From: Lingula anatina
Taxonomy: Eukaryota > Animalia > Brachiopoda
Direction: 5' to 3'
Assembly: GCA_051362555.1 (NCBI GenBank)
Contig: CM120646.1
Span: 6,448,001 to 6,512,000, forward strand
DNA: 64,000 bases
Shown: positions 47,027 through 61,600 of the stretch, in pieces
How the letters are laid out: each line of letters starts with the position of its first letter
How positions within the stretch are numbered: position 1 is the stretch's first letter
Program-made: the position numbers and the translations under genes
Notes under the pieces: model-generated
Databases searched by the model: none
Seen by the model: only the letters and a program-made list of their open reading frames with translations
Told to the model about the DNA's origin: nothing

Positions 47027-50000
47027 GTAAGCCATGGTACCTCAAGTGTATTTTCAGTATATTAAATATATACAGGATATAATGCCTGCAATTTTGTTTT
47101 GGGTTCCAGGATGTCCATTTATTAAAACGGGTTCTGTCTGAAATTCACCTTAATTCACCAGCCAGAATTTATTAGCGAAATTACTAAGCATGTGAATCTC
47201 GGTCAGTCGATATATTCAACCTCTACCCCTAGAATATATCCAGCTCTTAGTGGTACCTACTCTTAAAAGGACTTCCCCTTCATTTTCTAAAATCATGCCT
47301 AACTACAGTTTATGAATATAATAATTTAGAATGTTAATAATTTATGAACGTATTGCCAAATTCATAAATAATGGCCGATTAAGCTATCAAGAAATCAACA
47401 TATACATAGACTAATATTGCTTGTAAGTCCACTATTGTATACGACTCATACCCCACGTGTTGAAATATTACAATCTTTCTCCAGATCAGTATAATTACAA
47501 AAAACCCCAATAATTAATAAAACTTAATGATAAATATTTAAAATGGGACTGATGGAATGCAATAACTAATAGTTACTATCCACTCGGAGTTTGAATAAAC
47601 CTTTGTTGCAGAGGTACGTCGTTTATTTTTACTTACTTTATATTTACACATAGTTTGCCTATATTTCATGCGTCTGAAGCACCAACGTCGAATAAAACTG
47701 ACATATATAGCAACACCCACCCTTAGCCACAATAACTGCATGCCCAGTATGATAAACTACAGTGATTAGAACCAAGTAATTGCCATTATTTTTACGCACA
47801 GTTAGTCAATTAAGTGGGGGGAAAACTGATTGCTGGCGAAAGAAAAAATTATGGAGATGTAGAAACGGCTACTTTCTAGACACATACATTAGTGTTGTGA
47901 CAAAGGGTGCAGATTCCAAATTTTTAGTTATTCCTTACGCCTTCTGCAATGTGTCACAGACAGATGAAAGATAACGTTTTTTTTGGTGACAGTCCCAGTG
48001 TATGCGTTCACGAACCTAATGCTTAGATTTTTTTGCTCTCTTTTCTTATCAAATGGCCGCAAGGACCACCACGATTAATAACAGTCCTTGCTTTGGAAAT
48101 ATTTCAGTATCATTATTTATTGTTTTTTAAAGTCAAATTGAGTATTTAAATGAGCAGCTTTTCGTGTAACAGAGCAGTTTCAATTTTTTTAAGCTATAGG
48201 CGTGTCGACGTACTTAACTCTTCACTAGACAGGTCATTGAAAGGTGAGAGAATTTAAAAAGGATCACAATGTCTCTTCAGTCCAGATATTAAACAATACA
48301 GACACAAAGGCAAGAGAATATAACACTTCTTTACTCTACACTTTTGCTTTTTTATATTTCCCTGTGAAAACCTGCCAATAGTTTATCACACTAAATGGCG
48401 TGTGTAGTTTGAAATACACTGTGCATTATAACAACATTTTAAAAACAATAATATACCATTCCCGGTTTGAAAGTGTCCATTTTAACCTCACTATTTTCTA
48501 GCCATTTATTTGAATTACGTCGTCCATCCTGAATCTGGCGTACCTGATATATGCACATATTAATTCTGGCTCATATTCCTACCACACAAAGAACAAGGTA
48601 GTCGTTTCATGCTAATCCCCCTACGCGTTAGGTTCATTTAAAGCAGGGGCACTATGACAAAGACCAGGGATTGTTTTATATTTCTAAATGCAATCATAGA
48701 TATAAAAACCTTTCCATCTGTCACGAAGATATGAGTTGTCACCATTGCTCAGAATTTCTGTCATTCTCTTTGAAAAATGGTGAAAGGGAAATACTATTTA
48801 TATTAGTGAGGACTTTCGCATAATAATTGTCATAAGGATTTCAGTTGGAGCTTAGTTGAAATGGAATGTGTTTTATTTTTATGTCAGAATTAAACGTTAT
48901 TCATATTTAATTTCTACGAAAAGTCCACTCGATAAAAACACGCTAAAGTTGAAAAGCGGTAATTATTGTATTGATACAAATTACCATTCACCGCACATGA
49001 AATAGCCAAATTATGCAGCCTTTACCGCGTATATATGCAACACTAAAATGACGGCAGCAGATTCACCGGTTGCATAAAAACGTCTCTAAAACTAGGTAAA
49101 TATGTCTCCATATATATTCATACTCTCCAGTTTATGGCATGTTCAGTTATCATTATCGTAGACCAGTATCAATCTTAATACTGTAAACATTTACACCGTG
49201 GTTCAACATAAAAATTGAGGTTTATTTATGATCCATGTGAAGACGACGCAATGGGTGAATTAATGATAGACTACCGTCATTTTCCTCGAGTAACTTATTT
49301 TCCCACGATATACACAAGCGAAGTATTGTATTTTGTAGTCCACCTTGTGCTTGTTAAGTTGGGTACCCCGAGGGAATTTTGTAAGGCCATATTTTTAGGG
49401 ATGCGTTACAAAATTAGAATTTCTTCGCATACATTTAACAATGTGAAATAATACTAAGCCTTTTTCCTAATTCATTTGGTTTAATAATGTAGAAAACCAC
49501 GGTGCGCGTTTTCATATTAAGTGTTTCACATCTATGTATCTCTCTCTCTACTTTGTTTTAATTTATATATTGATATTTGTAAACTATCTTCTCTTTAACA
49601 TCGCTTCCATTCTTAACAGCACGCTTGTGAACTTAGCGTAGTTCTTTTTAAACCGACGGACTCGACGCATTTTATTATGCCTTCATGTTTGAATCTTCTT
49701 ACAATACTCGAAACAACATGCATACCTTCAAATTCAAATCATGTTTAATTGTCATTCTCTCGAACAATGCCAACGCTGTATCGGCCAACACGAGTTGACA
49801 GGCATTCCCGAGTTGACTTGAGGTACTAGGAGAGATAAGGAATGAAGTCGCGAGCCTCCACAAAGCCGGTACTTACCGAGCCACAAATTATCCCTTTCGC
49901 CGTCACCCGCGACATCTCGCCACGAGATAGCGATCGGGCTGTTACGGCTATAATTAAGTCTCTCGTAAGTGAAGGGTTTTAATCCCCGGTCCCGTGCCGT

Positions 50001-52090
50001 GAGTCTTGTTGGCCGTACAATGTAAGCTTTATTCTATCTGGTCTAAGTTAAAGTTTGATATCAAAATCTGCCTTGTTATTCCTGGAGGTGGTGGTTTGCA
50101 AGTGAAACAAGATGAGATAGATTCAATGAAAGGGCTCATAGACAAAGCGAAATTAATATCTGAATACTCAAACGGGTTTATAAAATTTACAATGTATACA
50201 TTATTTTTAATACAAAATGCTTGGATGAAACACCTGGCAAAGTCAATATTAAATTAAATTTACTTTCCGTACTTGTTATGGTTACATAGGTTGATGCATT
50301 AAATATAAATCAAGCTTTAGTAAAAACTAAGTCATATTTGATGAAAAATCTGCTTAGTGAAGGCGTCTTTTCTTGATATAGTTAGTATACTGTAGTTCTC
50401 GATGCTGAAGTGCTTGTAGTGATAAAAGCTACCTGAACAGTTTATAAAGAATGACGCACCAAGCTGTAATATTTCATCATATCTCAACTTCAGGGAGCAC
50501 GATTAAGTGTCACATGGTCACAGTCTGACGTTAACGACTGCAATAGCGTTAATTTCTTTTTAAAATCACATTTGAATCGAAGAACATCTTTATTTTTGTC
50601 ACATATTCATGATAGTGCATACGTCAATGTGTCCGTACACATTCGTTTTCGGATTACGAGGTGTTTGAAGGGAAGGGAAAGATGGAGAAGAAATGTTATT
50701 AATATTTTCTTTAATAATATAGATCATCTGCGTGGACAGATTGGGGATGGGGGGGGGGGGGTTGAGGGCGAGTGAAAGTATAAGTCCACTTTGTAACTGA
50801 ATAGTGCCTCGTCTAATAACATGATAAGTTTTGAGTTTTTCGTTTCTGTAGACAGAAAATTGCCTCTGTGACGTACCCCTGTGCTTAGGTTTGTATAAAA
50901 TTAATTTTGTCACCTCCAGTTTTGTCCTTAAATATTTACCCAGAAGATATGTTGTTTCCGTGAAATGAAAATTACAATATTGAAAATATAAAATACGTTT
51001 GAATAATGGTAATAATTATAAATGCACACTAACATCGAAGTATGATCCAGTTTTGAATGCTTTTTTTATTCATTTGGCCCCATTATTAGCAACCCAGGTT
51101 AAAGAATATATATCTATATAACAATGTAATTCGAAAATGTTTTACATGCGTTTTAAGCATAATTTTGCGTGAAATAATTCACTATAATTCAAAGTTCTAT
51201 AGGTACGTGTTCAAAATATAATAAGACGCACACATTTAAAACGCCCATCTTAACTTCTCACGACAAGTCATGTATCATCCATGGGCACTGTTGACCCATT
51301 TTTCTCTGCCCTCTATCAAATGTTCTATCAAATATCCAACCATATAATCATCCGATTAAAATCAATTTGAGTTAATATCTTTTTAAACACTTGAGCTGCT
51401 GGTTAACTACCAAACAACCATGCTTGGTAATATGATAAGTATGGAGGGTATATTTTCAATATGAAGTTAATTGACCCTACATGTTCCACATAGTCAACAG
51501 AGAGTACAGTCATCAAGTCCCCGTGCAGATAATCGTTGTTTCTGGTCGCACAAGGCGCGCTCAGACGTGTTCTAACTCAGACCGAATAGGTCCTAAACGG
51601 TCCAAATGATTAAGTTGTTTTATGTATACTATTTTTTATATCTAAAAAGCGATGGAGGATATTTTTGAGTTCTTTATGTGAGTCGATTGACTAAGGTAAT
51701 CAGTTGGATTATTCGCCAAATAATAAGGCCGGTTCGGAGAGAGGCCCACAGTCGGTTTCTCAGTCTTTTTTTTTAACACAGCCTTTGAAGGTATGTATTT
51801 CAGCAAGAAAAAAAGTACAAATAACATGTGGTAGGTCATGTAATTTAAATATAAATTTGCCGTCTATAATTGACGGCAGTGCGTTAACGAGAGGGTTAAC
51901 GCGTTACATAATGTCATGTTTGTACCATGTTTAAGTAATTGAGTAGTGAATACTCCTGGTCGCAGCCAGATGCATCCACGAAACTATGAGATACGAATAT
52001 CTGCTGTCGTCACTCCATTTTTTTCCACAGCTACATGTGTCCCGCTTATTTGGACTCGAATGACCTGAGTCCGATGTTGATAACAAACAC

Positions 52091-52293
52091 ATTTCCAATT
52101 ATACCTTATTTACACGATACCATAGCCATGTTTATGTTTATGAAATGGCTGAATGATTTTGTCCTTTTTGTATACCTAATTGCCAAGGTATAATTTCCAA
52201 TTATACCTTATTTACACGATACCATAACCATGTTTATGTTTATGAAATGGCTGAATGATTTTGTCCTTTTTGTATACCTAATTGCCAAGGTAT
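52091..52293. repeat. 102-bp tandem duplication (2 copies)
   Basis: ATTTCCAATTATACC...GCCAAGGTAT begins at 52091 and again at 52193. One internal substitution seen (CATAGCC vs CATAACC). Confidence 0.95.
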
Positions 52294-54960
52294 CACGTGT
52301 GGAACGATTACCCAGGTTTAGGGTGTCAAAATTCGGGTACCAAATTGCTGAAATAATTGTGGCGATGTTAAGCCACGGGATTGTTTTTCCAACGTGTCCC
52401 GAAGTATGTCACTGTCTTTGACTACATACCATTATTTTACCAAAGAGCAATTCTTGAATATTCACGACCAATTTGCAATTCGGAGTACCAAATGTCCTGC
52501 AAAGAGACACCTTTACCAGGAAAAGCCCGAAAATGGCATTTATAAACCAAGATTCTATAGTGTTCATCTTCTATATTTTGAGACGATATGCATGAGACAA
52601 GTCTGTCCTTGTAAACAACATTTTTTTCATATTCTATCTTATTTTCCCTTTTACTTGTTCTCCCCAAAAATGGATGGTTTTCTTGGTATCAAACATCACG
52701 ACGTATCCTGTATTATAAGTAAAATAGATCTCAGACTTAGGTAAACAATGTTAGGTTGTATAATTGGATTGGTGGGTTTAGGGTATAGAAACTGTGGTCA
52801 ATCTTTAGGGCTACCTTAAATAAATCGTGTCCTTATTTACGTTTATTTTGTCTCTTTTGTATATTCTGCGTGCAGCTCCAAGAAAAATTGGCATTTGCTG
52901 TAGTCAAACATTTGAGTGCGTTGTTCTCAAATGGTAATTACATATGCAATAGTTTTTACTTTGATCTTTAAATTGAAGGTCTCGGTGTGGTTGGGGGAGG
53001 AGGTAGCCACCAGGCGGGCTAAATATTTGAAAATACCATTCATTGCAATAGCACTGTGTCCTGGATGTGGATTTAATGTGCAATATATTCCGAAGCTGGG
53101 TTTGATTAGAACGTGTCCCATATAGACTATACGGCCCGCACGTGGCTGGTACTTTTAAGTGGTTTATTTAATGGCCATAGCTCTCAAAATAGTAAACATG
53201 AAAACATGTCTGTTACTTAAGAGTTTAAGTGAGCGTGGTTAGGTTCGGATGTGTGGTTCAAAAAGCAAACGCCTATTTAAATGAAAAGTGTGCTGACGAA
53301 AAAATGGCGCGAGTTTGCAGAATGATAAATTGGTTTGAGGGTGACAATTTAGATTACTGAGAAATATACAGAGTTGCCTTAAGAAGAATTTTAGCACGGC
53401 ATCCTTGATACTTTCACTGTTTTTTCTTTGATATAACAAAAAGTGTTGTAAGAATAATGATAACAATACCGGTCTGCGTGATTCAGGTGATGAATTTATC
53501 ATATTCCTCCATTAAAAGCTGCACCTTCTTTTCGTCGCCCCTTTGAAGTTTTGGAATTATCTGCCTGCTTCATTGTCGCATTTCAACACGTGACTGTGAA
53601 GCTCTCTAAATAAATGTAAAGCGATGGTTTATATTTGATACTTGTAAACCGCGGAATTCGATGAGAGTATCTATTTTTTAGTATTGGGAAAATAAATGTC
53701 GATTACACAAGACACAACATTTGATTTTTCTTTAAATTCTCCTCATGAAATCCTCGAAAAAGTAGGTTAAACTTAAAATGACTCACAGAGCCACTGTCAG
53801 CACCAGTGAATGTATTTCTCTTCTCTCTCCAAAGAGAAAAATGGCCATATAGCATTTCAGAAACTCCTGTTAGCGGGGTACGTGAGACATGACAAAAACG
53901 AGCCACACTGATAATGTCAATGCATATGTATAAAGCACAAAAATTTGTATTTGAGGAAATTATCTTGTTTGATTTGTTATTTCTATAAACATTTGGAATT
54001 AAGTTATACGTCAACACGATGAGGGCCAGGAGGAAGATTAATTTTAAATTTACTATAATTCACCCTCAATAAATAAAGTTGAATAAATAAATCAATCAAT
54101 GGAAATAAATAACATACGGGAGTGCACTCTTAAAACGGAGGGCGAAAAAGTCATGGCATATTTTAGCTATCTTTGGTACGGTTTTGCGTATTGGCACATA
54201 TTATACACGCGATTTTAAATGCAACTAAACATTTAACGTTATACGTACCAGTGTAATTTCGCGGTTACTTTTATAACAGAAAATAAATTCAGTAAATCAC
54301 ATCTGTAAGATGGTAAGATGAATTGACGGTTATGCTGGCATGAGCATGGCTATATTTCAGGAGGATAACGAACTCTATCTAATGTCTGTCATCAGTCAAG
54401 AATTCATTCTACACAATTGGATTGTTCTCGCCATAAAACGAGTTTCTTTGACTTCTTCTTTAGCGAAATATCACCGTAAAACGTGCCGATTGAAATTAGT
54501 GTTGGTTTTTTTGGTAAATGAACGCAAGTGAACTTCCCTTTTATTGCCTTTACTGACTGATTAATGGACGTTTCTCGTTTGGTGATCGTACGCACTTCAG
54601 CGTTTCTGGATTGTTTTTAAATAAGTTGTCGTAAAGATGCATCCCTGAAGAAGCCCTGTGGAACGAAAGCTTTGATAGGATGACACATTTTTTTTGAGAT
54701 CTTCAAAGATGCATCATTATAATAACTTATTTATTTTCTCAGGATCTATACATAGTTTTGATAGGAATCTTGGATTTTTTAAATGCTAGATCATTGCTTA
54801 CTTAAAAAAGATTCATAATCAGACTTTTTGTTTACTGATATACCTAAAATACAGTTAGCTGTAGCTATGTATACATATGCATGACGCTGAGAATATGTTT
54901 ACACATGTGCACATGCAGTCGTTCAACCGAAATCTCATTGGTTTTTGTTGCAGTCCTCCC

Positions 54961-54986
54961 CTCTCTCTCTCTCTCTCTCTCTCTCA
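54961..54986. repeat. (CT)n microsatellite
   Basis: Seen directly. Confidence 0.93.
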
Positions 54987-57900
54987 TAATGACATCAGGC
55001 ACATCTCGAATGTGACAGATGATGACTAAGGTTTCTAAAAAGAGGCGACGGATGACGTGATAGGGACACAACAGATTTTTTTAAAAATACCCCTGCAAAT
55101 AGTTCAGTACTGGGCAAAAACGTCCAGCTATCGATAACTTACTAGGTTTGGGCTAAGGCGTAATTGTATCATCTATAAGATCCCCCACCCATTTTTATAA
55201 AGGAGCAATATTGTGGGTTTCATAATATATGTTGTTTGTTATCCCACTTACTGCTAAAACCTAAGCTAAAAACATGTTGTTAAAAGAAAAAAATACCATT
55301 TGAATAAATAATCCGTATTAAATACGCTGTTTGCAGGTGCGTTTGTAACCCGTGCGTAGCGTATATGAATATATTAGCTAGGGCCTGTAGCACAAATGAA
55401 CAAACGATGGCAGGGCAGGTGATTCTGCCAAAACGCCGGAATGTACTTAATCTTTAGACATACGCTGTTAATACTTATGCTATATTTAATGTGCAGTGGC
55501 TGACATGTTAATCGGTGCAGAGTATTTGTGTATTTGATGGTGTATTGTTTTTCAACATGGATCCAAATGTATGCTACCGATATGAAATGAAATGTTACAG
55601 GGCGAGTAATTAAACGGTAATGTAATATAAATGCCATGGCTTACGTTGTTACACACTAATATAATAATCATTTTGAAAAACTGGATGACTCTACAACGTG
55701 GTTCGAAAACCGCATGCGATAACAGCGTCAACTACTCAAAAGTGTACAATATCTAGGACCGTACGCCATATGGTACATTTGGGACAACGATAATATTCCA
55801 CTGGACATTCAACAGACTTTTTAGATTTAAAATGCACGCAATCACTCTTTTAGTAAGTACAAATACAAAGAGCACAATGACCACACACTACTGCTACAAG
55901 TTTTCCAATTATGAAAAATTAAAAAAAAAATACACTTGTCGAAATGTTTTCATTTTTGTTCAACTAATGAACATATCAGAACTACCACTAAATTGATATC
56001 GTTAACTGAAAATAAAATTCCGCCCCAAACTAACAAAGTAGGGCCTACCGTACCAGCGTGCAAAACCATACAAAGGGGGGCACAGATGACGCATATAAAA
56101 ACTACATGTGTCAGGACAAGTCTTTATTTACTTGTGTTTTAAGGGTAAATGATGACCTATGTTAGCCACCTATATTTTTGACAGGTGAAACCTGATGGTT
56201 TGATAACACAGCATCATATTTCAAATATTCTGCCAAGTAATGACATATAAGGGAAGTTAAGATGATTTTTTAAAAATGACACTTGGCTTTCCCGTAACCT
56301 TGAAAGATCAGACCAACCGGATGAAAATTGTTGGTATGTTCAGAATGATTTTACCATAAGATCCAAATAGTTGTGGCTCATTCTAATGAACAATTATGCT
56401 AACCTTTTTAATATTCCCCTTGTTTTTCTTAAAAGCTTTTTTATTTTGCACAATCATCATCCAATAATCTGTCGTATTCCTAGAGAAAAAATGGTTTTAA
56501 GTACATGTTAATAAGAAGCATTCTAGGCACACAAGAAAAACATTTATAGATATATTTAACACACACGTGTTCAGATATCCATAATATATATGTGTGTATC
56601 ACGATATTTTGACAACAATATAATGGTTAACATTGTATAATACCTTAATTTAGCAACGCAACACAAGCCATACATAATACCGTATTCAAAATAACAAAGA
56701 GTAATTCATCTCCTCGACACAATCATATTCTACAAAATAATAACATCTAAATAATATCACTTAAAAACAATGAGAATTTTGCCATATGTTCGTTTAAAGG
56801 ATTGCTTCTTTTGGCAATTATATGCTGATAATATATGTATATTGTTTTGCACAGACGACGTATTTTGGAACACACTAAACAAAATTCTTTTTTTGTTATA
56901 TAGGAAAATATCTGATGTTTGATACTAACACATATCGAGATGATAGGAAATGGTGAAAAAATAATAATAGTTTGTCTATGTCATAAAATGTTGAGCGCGT
57001 GAGTTGTATATTTATATCGAACTCAGGCGTGGGATAGTCGGTGTTAGACAATGTAAAACATATAATGTTTCTATCTCAAGGTGAACATACCACTTAAGAT
57101 CACCGAAGACCATCGGAAGCATTGATGGTATCTAAGCTTACTGAGGGAACATTATAAGGTGAACCTGGTTCTAGACCCATTAAAGTGACGGATAACAAAG
57201 TTTAATTAATTACGACTTAATTCAAAGGATACTGTGCATCACCTAGATCTCGTGCTTTATCTGCATAGCTGCAATAAGTGTGTACTGGTTTTGGCGCGAA
57301 AATATCCAATTGAACTTTTAACCGCACCCTAACGTATCAGATTTAGTGCTTGTTAACGTATATTGTATTTGATGTGTTTTTTTTATTTTCGATAACCATG
57401 TCCGATGACCCCAAACATTGAGACCACTGGCCAAATAATAAATTAGATGGTATCTTATAAAGCTGAAAAGCAGGTTCTAAATACTAGCACTTCTCACGTA
57501 GAAGATTGTTTTTAAAGAATCGCGGTTTTAGCAGAAACGTGGCGTAGGTATGAGTGAGACCTTTGCCCAAGCCATCTGCATACAACATTTTCGGTTACAA
57601 TAGAGTGGCGATACCATCAAAAAGGAGACAAAAAGACAAACAACGCCTTTCGTTGCGAGCAATCATTACCATTGCCCAAAGCACACGAGAGCGCCGAAGA
57701 CAAGGGTACACCTTAAAACCGTGCACGCGATTCCACTGTTTTACATGCTTTTGGTCGGGTCGTGGTCGACAGTGGGTAACGTGTCGTGTGATTACAATCT
57801 GAACTCTTCCAATGAACAGTGACTGTATAAGAACGATACACAAAGAGTTTGGATAATTGAGCATTCAGCTCGGGTCTCCACCGTGGAATCGGACTGATGC

Positions 57901-58536
57901 ATATCTTGGTGATTGCTGGCGAACATGTTCCGAATACGGACCCAAAGACAGGCGCCTGAAAATGATAGAGTGGCCAACATGAGTGTCTTGTTAAAAAGTG
58001 TTGCTGGATTCCTAAAGAATGACGATTTATTTGGATATCACATGCCTAGCAATGGTGCTTCTTTTATAAGCATTATCTCGTTAACATCCCATACGTGCTT
58101 GATATCGGTGATATTAGACGTATTATCTACATGTATATCAATATTTCTCGAATTGTTTCACTAACTTCTCTATGTTAATAAAATATTTTGAAGCAAAATA
58201 GGGCAATTCTGAGAAAAATATCATGGAGCAATACTTATCGTAAATTTTGTTTTGCATACTAATTAAAGATGTTGTCTCACTAGGTCACACGTGTTTGCGT
58301 AACCAGTGTTCCATTAGTGTTTCTGTGTTAAAGTGTATCCCTGTAAATTCTACTTGAAGTGCACCGGGTCTTTAGGAGCCATTGCACAGTTTAATCTCCT
58401 TTTGATAAATTTGCTTAAGTGCGCCATCAGTTCCCGCTATACATTGCGTGGTAACGTCTACATAACGTTCTTGGAGACACATTAAACTAGTCTAAATCTT
58501 ACTACCGTAAGCAATCCCTTATATAATGATGATAAA

Positions 58537-58640
58537 TTAAATAAAATAAAATAAAGTAGAATAGAATAGAACATTATAAAGTGAAGTGAAATAAAATAAT
58601 ATAAAATGAAATGAAATAAAAAAGTAAAATAAAATGAATG
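58537..58640. repeat. Degenerate pentanucleotide repeat (AAATA/GAATA/AAATG/AAGTG)
   Basis: Period-5 purine-rich run. Confidence 0.8.
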
Positions 58641-61600
58641 AAGTTAAAACAAAATGATTGTCCATTTTGTCCCAATTTACTTATATTAGTTGTGCCATTC
58701 AGTGGTGGTCATACAACAACTGTCTGTCAATAGGGCCAGTGAAACCCTGGTACGGAAACCAGTCGTCCACAAAAACTGATGGACCACAGATAGCAAACAG
58801 CGGAGTTATTTTAACATATATTTCTATCTTTTGGTTACGCAGGGCGGGATTGTTTTAACTGGATTTTCGTTTGACCAAAAACGGGACAACTGTTGCTTTA
58901 GAACGTGACAGATAGCGTGAGAACGTCGGCCACGACCAGGTTAAAGGATGGATAGTTAGAATTGTGGATTTTGATAGATCAAAATACATTGTACTTTGAA
59001 AGTCCATTTGATTCAGCTACACGGGACAAACTAAAAAGTTGATCATTGTTACTTTTATCATTAATTTTACATTTAATTGTTTCGATTTACATCATCCGAG
59101 AAACTTTATGGCAAACTACTCTAAGCGGATATTTATGAAACTATGGTCGATGGATAGTAACATAACACACAGGAGAAACTAAATCTGCATTTAGGATATA
59201 AAAATTAGGAGTTGGGACCAGGTGTCTTTCATCTTGCTCAAATGTTTGTTAAATAGAAGAAAGGCTGGGTATTCTTTCCCAGCGTACACCGTCACAGAGT
59301 TAGTACAGTTCTGTTCCTTCACAGTTCTACACCGACCACGAATCACACAACCCAGATTTGAAGTTTATAATGGGTCCAGTATTACAACATAGACACCCTT
59401 CTTTGTTTTCATCCTTAATTACCGAAAGCGGCAAATTTCGGATCATGCAACATTAAGCTTTTTAAACTGAGCATGTGATAAGAGATATTGGAAGGTCTAT
59501 ATTATGGTGAATTACGGCTGTTGGCTGCTCTTCACACTTCAAAGAATTATGTGGTTCCCTGCTTTTATGTAGGTCACTCCTAGATGCATGGTTTACATAG
59601 GTCGTCACTCCTTATGAAACTCTCCTGCCAAATGCAGATGTTATTCCATTTACTTGCATAATTCGCAGTGTTTTATTGTATTGAAAAAAGGCCGTAGTTC
59701 TAACATCTTGCATCCTGTTTACGTGCTTTGGTGCTTTGGAAAGTAAGTCAGTTTTTTTGTGGTTATCTGGCTTTCATTTCAATTGGTCGACTAAAACAGC
59801 ATACGTGATAAGTAAATGGGCTCGTTTGGGATGACTTAGGAAGAAACAATAACTGTCATTACAATGTCAAATATATAATAGGTTTTGTTTATGGTCAGTG
59901 GTGTGGTAAATGTTTTTTCTCGTACCCTCTCGCGAGGGACTCTGCGCGAATAGGTGGTTATCGTGAAAAATATAATGGTCAGATTGTAAAGCCACTTTTA
60001 GTTTCACCCTGTGTCAACATTTGCCATTGAGGTCAAAATGATTCACCTTCACGAAAACCAATGCGCCATCCGGATCTTTTGAAAATGCCAATTTTGCTCT
60101 CTCCAATTTCCCAATTGTTAAGGTTCACTGTTCCGCCATACTCTGAACTAATTTTCCAATTTGTCCACCAGCGGTAGTTTATATCAAATATTATCAATAG
60201 CTAAATTAGGATGTAGAATCATCCATTCTAAATTATCCTTTTCATCTTTCATCTTTTATAAATTCATACCATATTTTCCAAATGCAACTAGAACTACAAC
60301 ATGAATGAAGTAGTGCTGCATCTTACTTGCTACGCAAAGCCAAAATTAATGCTTAGCCATTTGCCAATTTGTCAAGAAGCAATAAACTTGTTTAAGGCAT
60401 ATTTTCGCTAGTGAATGTAACAGATGATTAATATAAAAAAGTAATGTGTAAATCACGAGTGCATCTAGGTTAACTACTCCATGGCTTAATGCACTCCAGT
60501 TTAACGAAGTGACATTAATGTTCATCAACCTAATAATGCCTTCTTTACTTTTATACAAACGTGCAATATGTAGATATTTAAATACATGTACACTACAAAG
60601 ATTAATAGATGATACAAACTGACAGAAGTGAAACTGCATGGCGTGTATTTTCTCATTTAAGCTCATAGCATCTGAGTTTTAAAGTCCATTTTATCTTTTG
60701 ATTATTACGGCATCAAATTAAGTCTAACTAAAAATCTATTAAACTTTGATAAAGTTTTTATTAACTTGAGAAAATGTTTTTAATGAAAAAATGTGTTGGG
60801 TTTCACTGTGTACACAGCATTTGTCAATTCGCGCTAAAGAGACGTATATTGGTATTAATTTCAAACATTAAGAGCTTTAAACAACAGGTTAACCGCGTCT
60901 TAAGCGACATGTATCAAAGCCAAAGTGTCTTAACCACAGAATTGACTTAAACTGCGTTCGTTAATCATAATGGCCAATAGTTAAGCTTTATATTGAGTAG
61001 AAAAACAACAGTGAGATTGGCAAGAAAGAATCATAGATTTACAAACCAGTCACGATACATATACATATACAGTATATACAGTATATTTATCCCGAACAAT
61101 AAATTCCACAGTATATATAGAGGACGTCCAATTTTATTTGTTAACAAAACATGAACATGTAGATTAGACGGCACATTTGAAATATGTGCAAAATGTTACT
61201 GGTGAATTTTATATTTAATTGCTGATTTTATTTCTGCATGTACGGTACGTTGTGAATATACTCAAAATAAATAAAAATTGCATGACGAATGTTGCATGAG
61301 CATATTTGGTTTGGCTTTTTCTGAAAGAATTGTAAATCATCTAACCTAAATTGATGCCAAACCCAGTGAAAAACGACAAAAGTACAAGGTGCTCTTCTAA
61401 TATTCTCTGCTGATTCCCTGGAGTACATCTGTCGGATCTTAAAGAAACAAAACAGTCTCATGAATAATGGGGAAAATTCATCATCAGCGAAAGATAGATT
61501 TCGTATATGCTGTAGCGTTTACTAGATTTGTCTTGAAATATTACGATTCGAGTGAGTCTCAGGAGACGAAAATGCACTGAGCTTCCGATTGGGATTCCAG

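Noticed and set aside
54121-54300. CACTCTTAAAA terminus-like word and weak similarity to the reverse of about 24400-24450 (MITE remnant?)
   Set aside because: No matching second terminal repeat or target-site duplication could be identified by eye.
58325-58350. TATCCCTGTAAATTC, loosely like miR-10
   Set aside because: Seed mismatch and no hairpin seen. miR-10 is expected downstream of Hox5, toward Hox4, and I found no match in this window.
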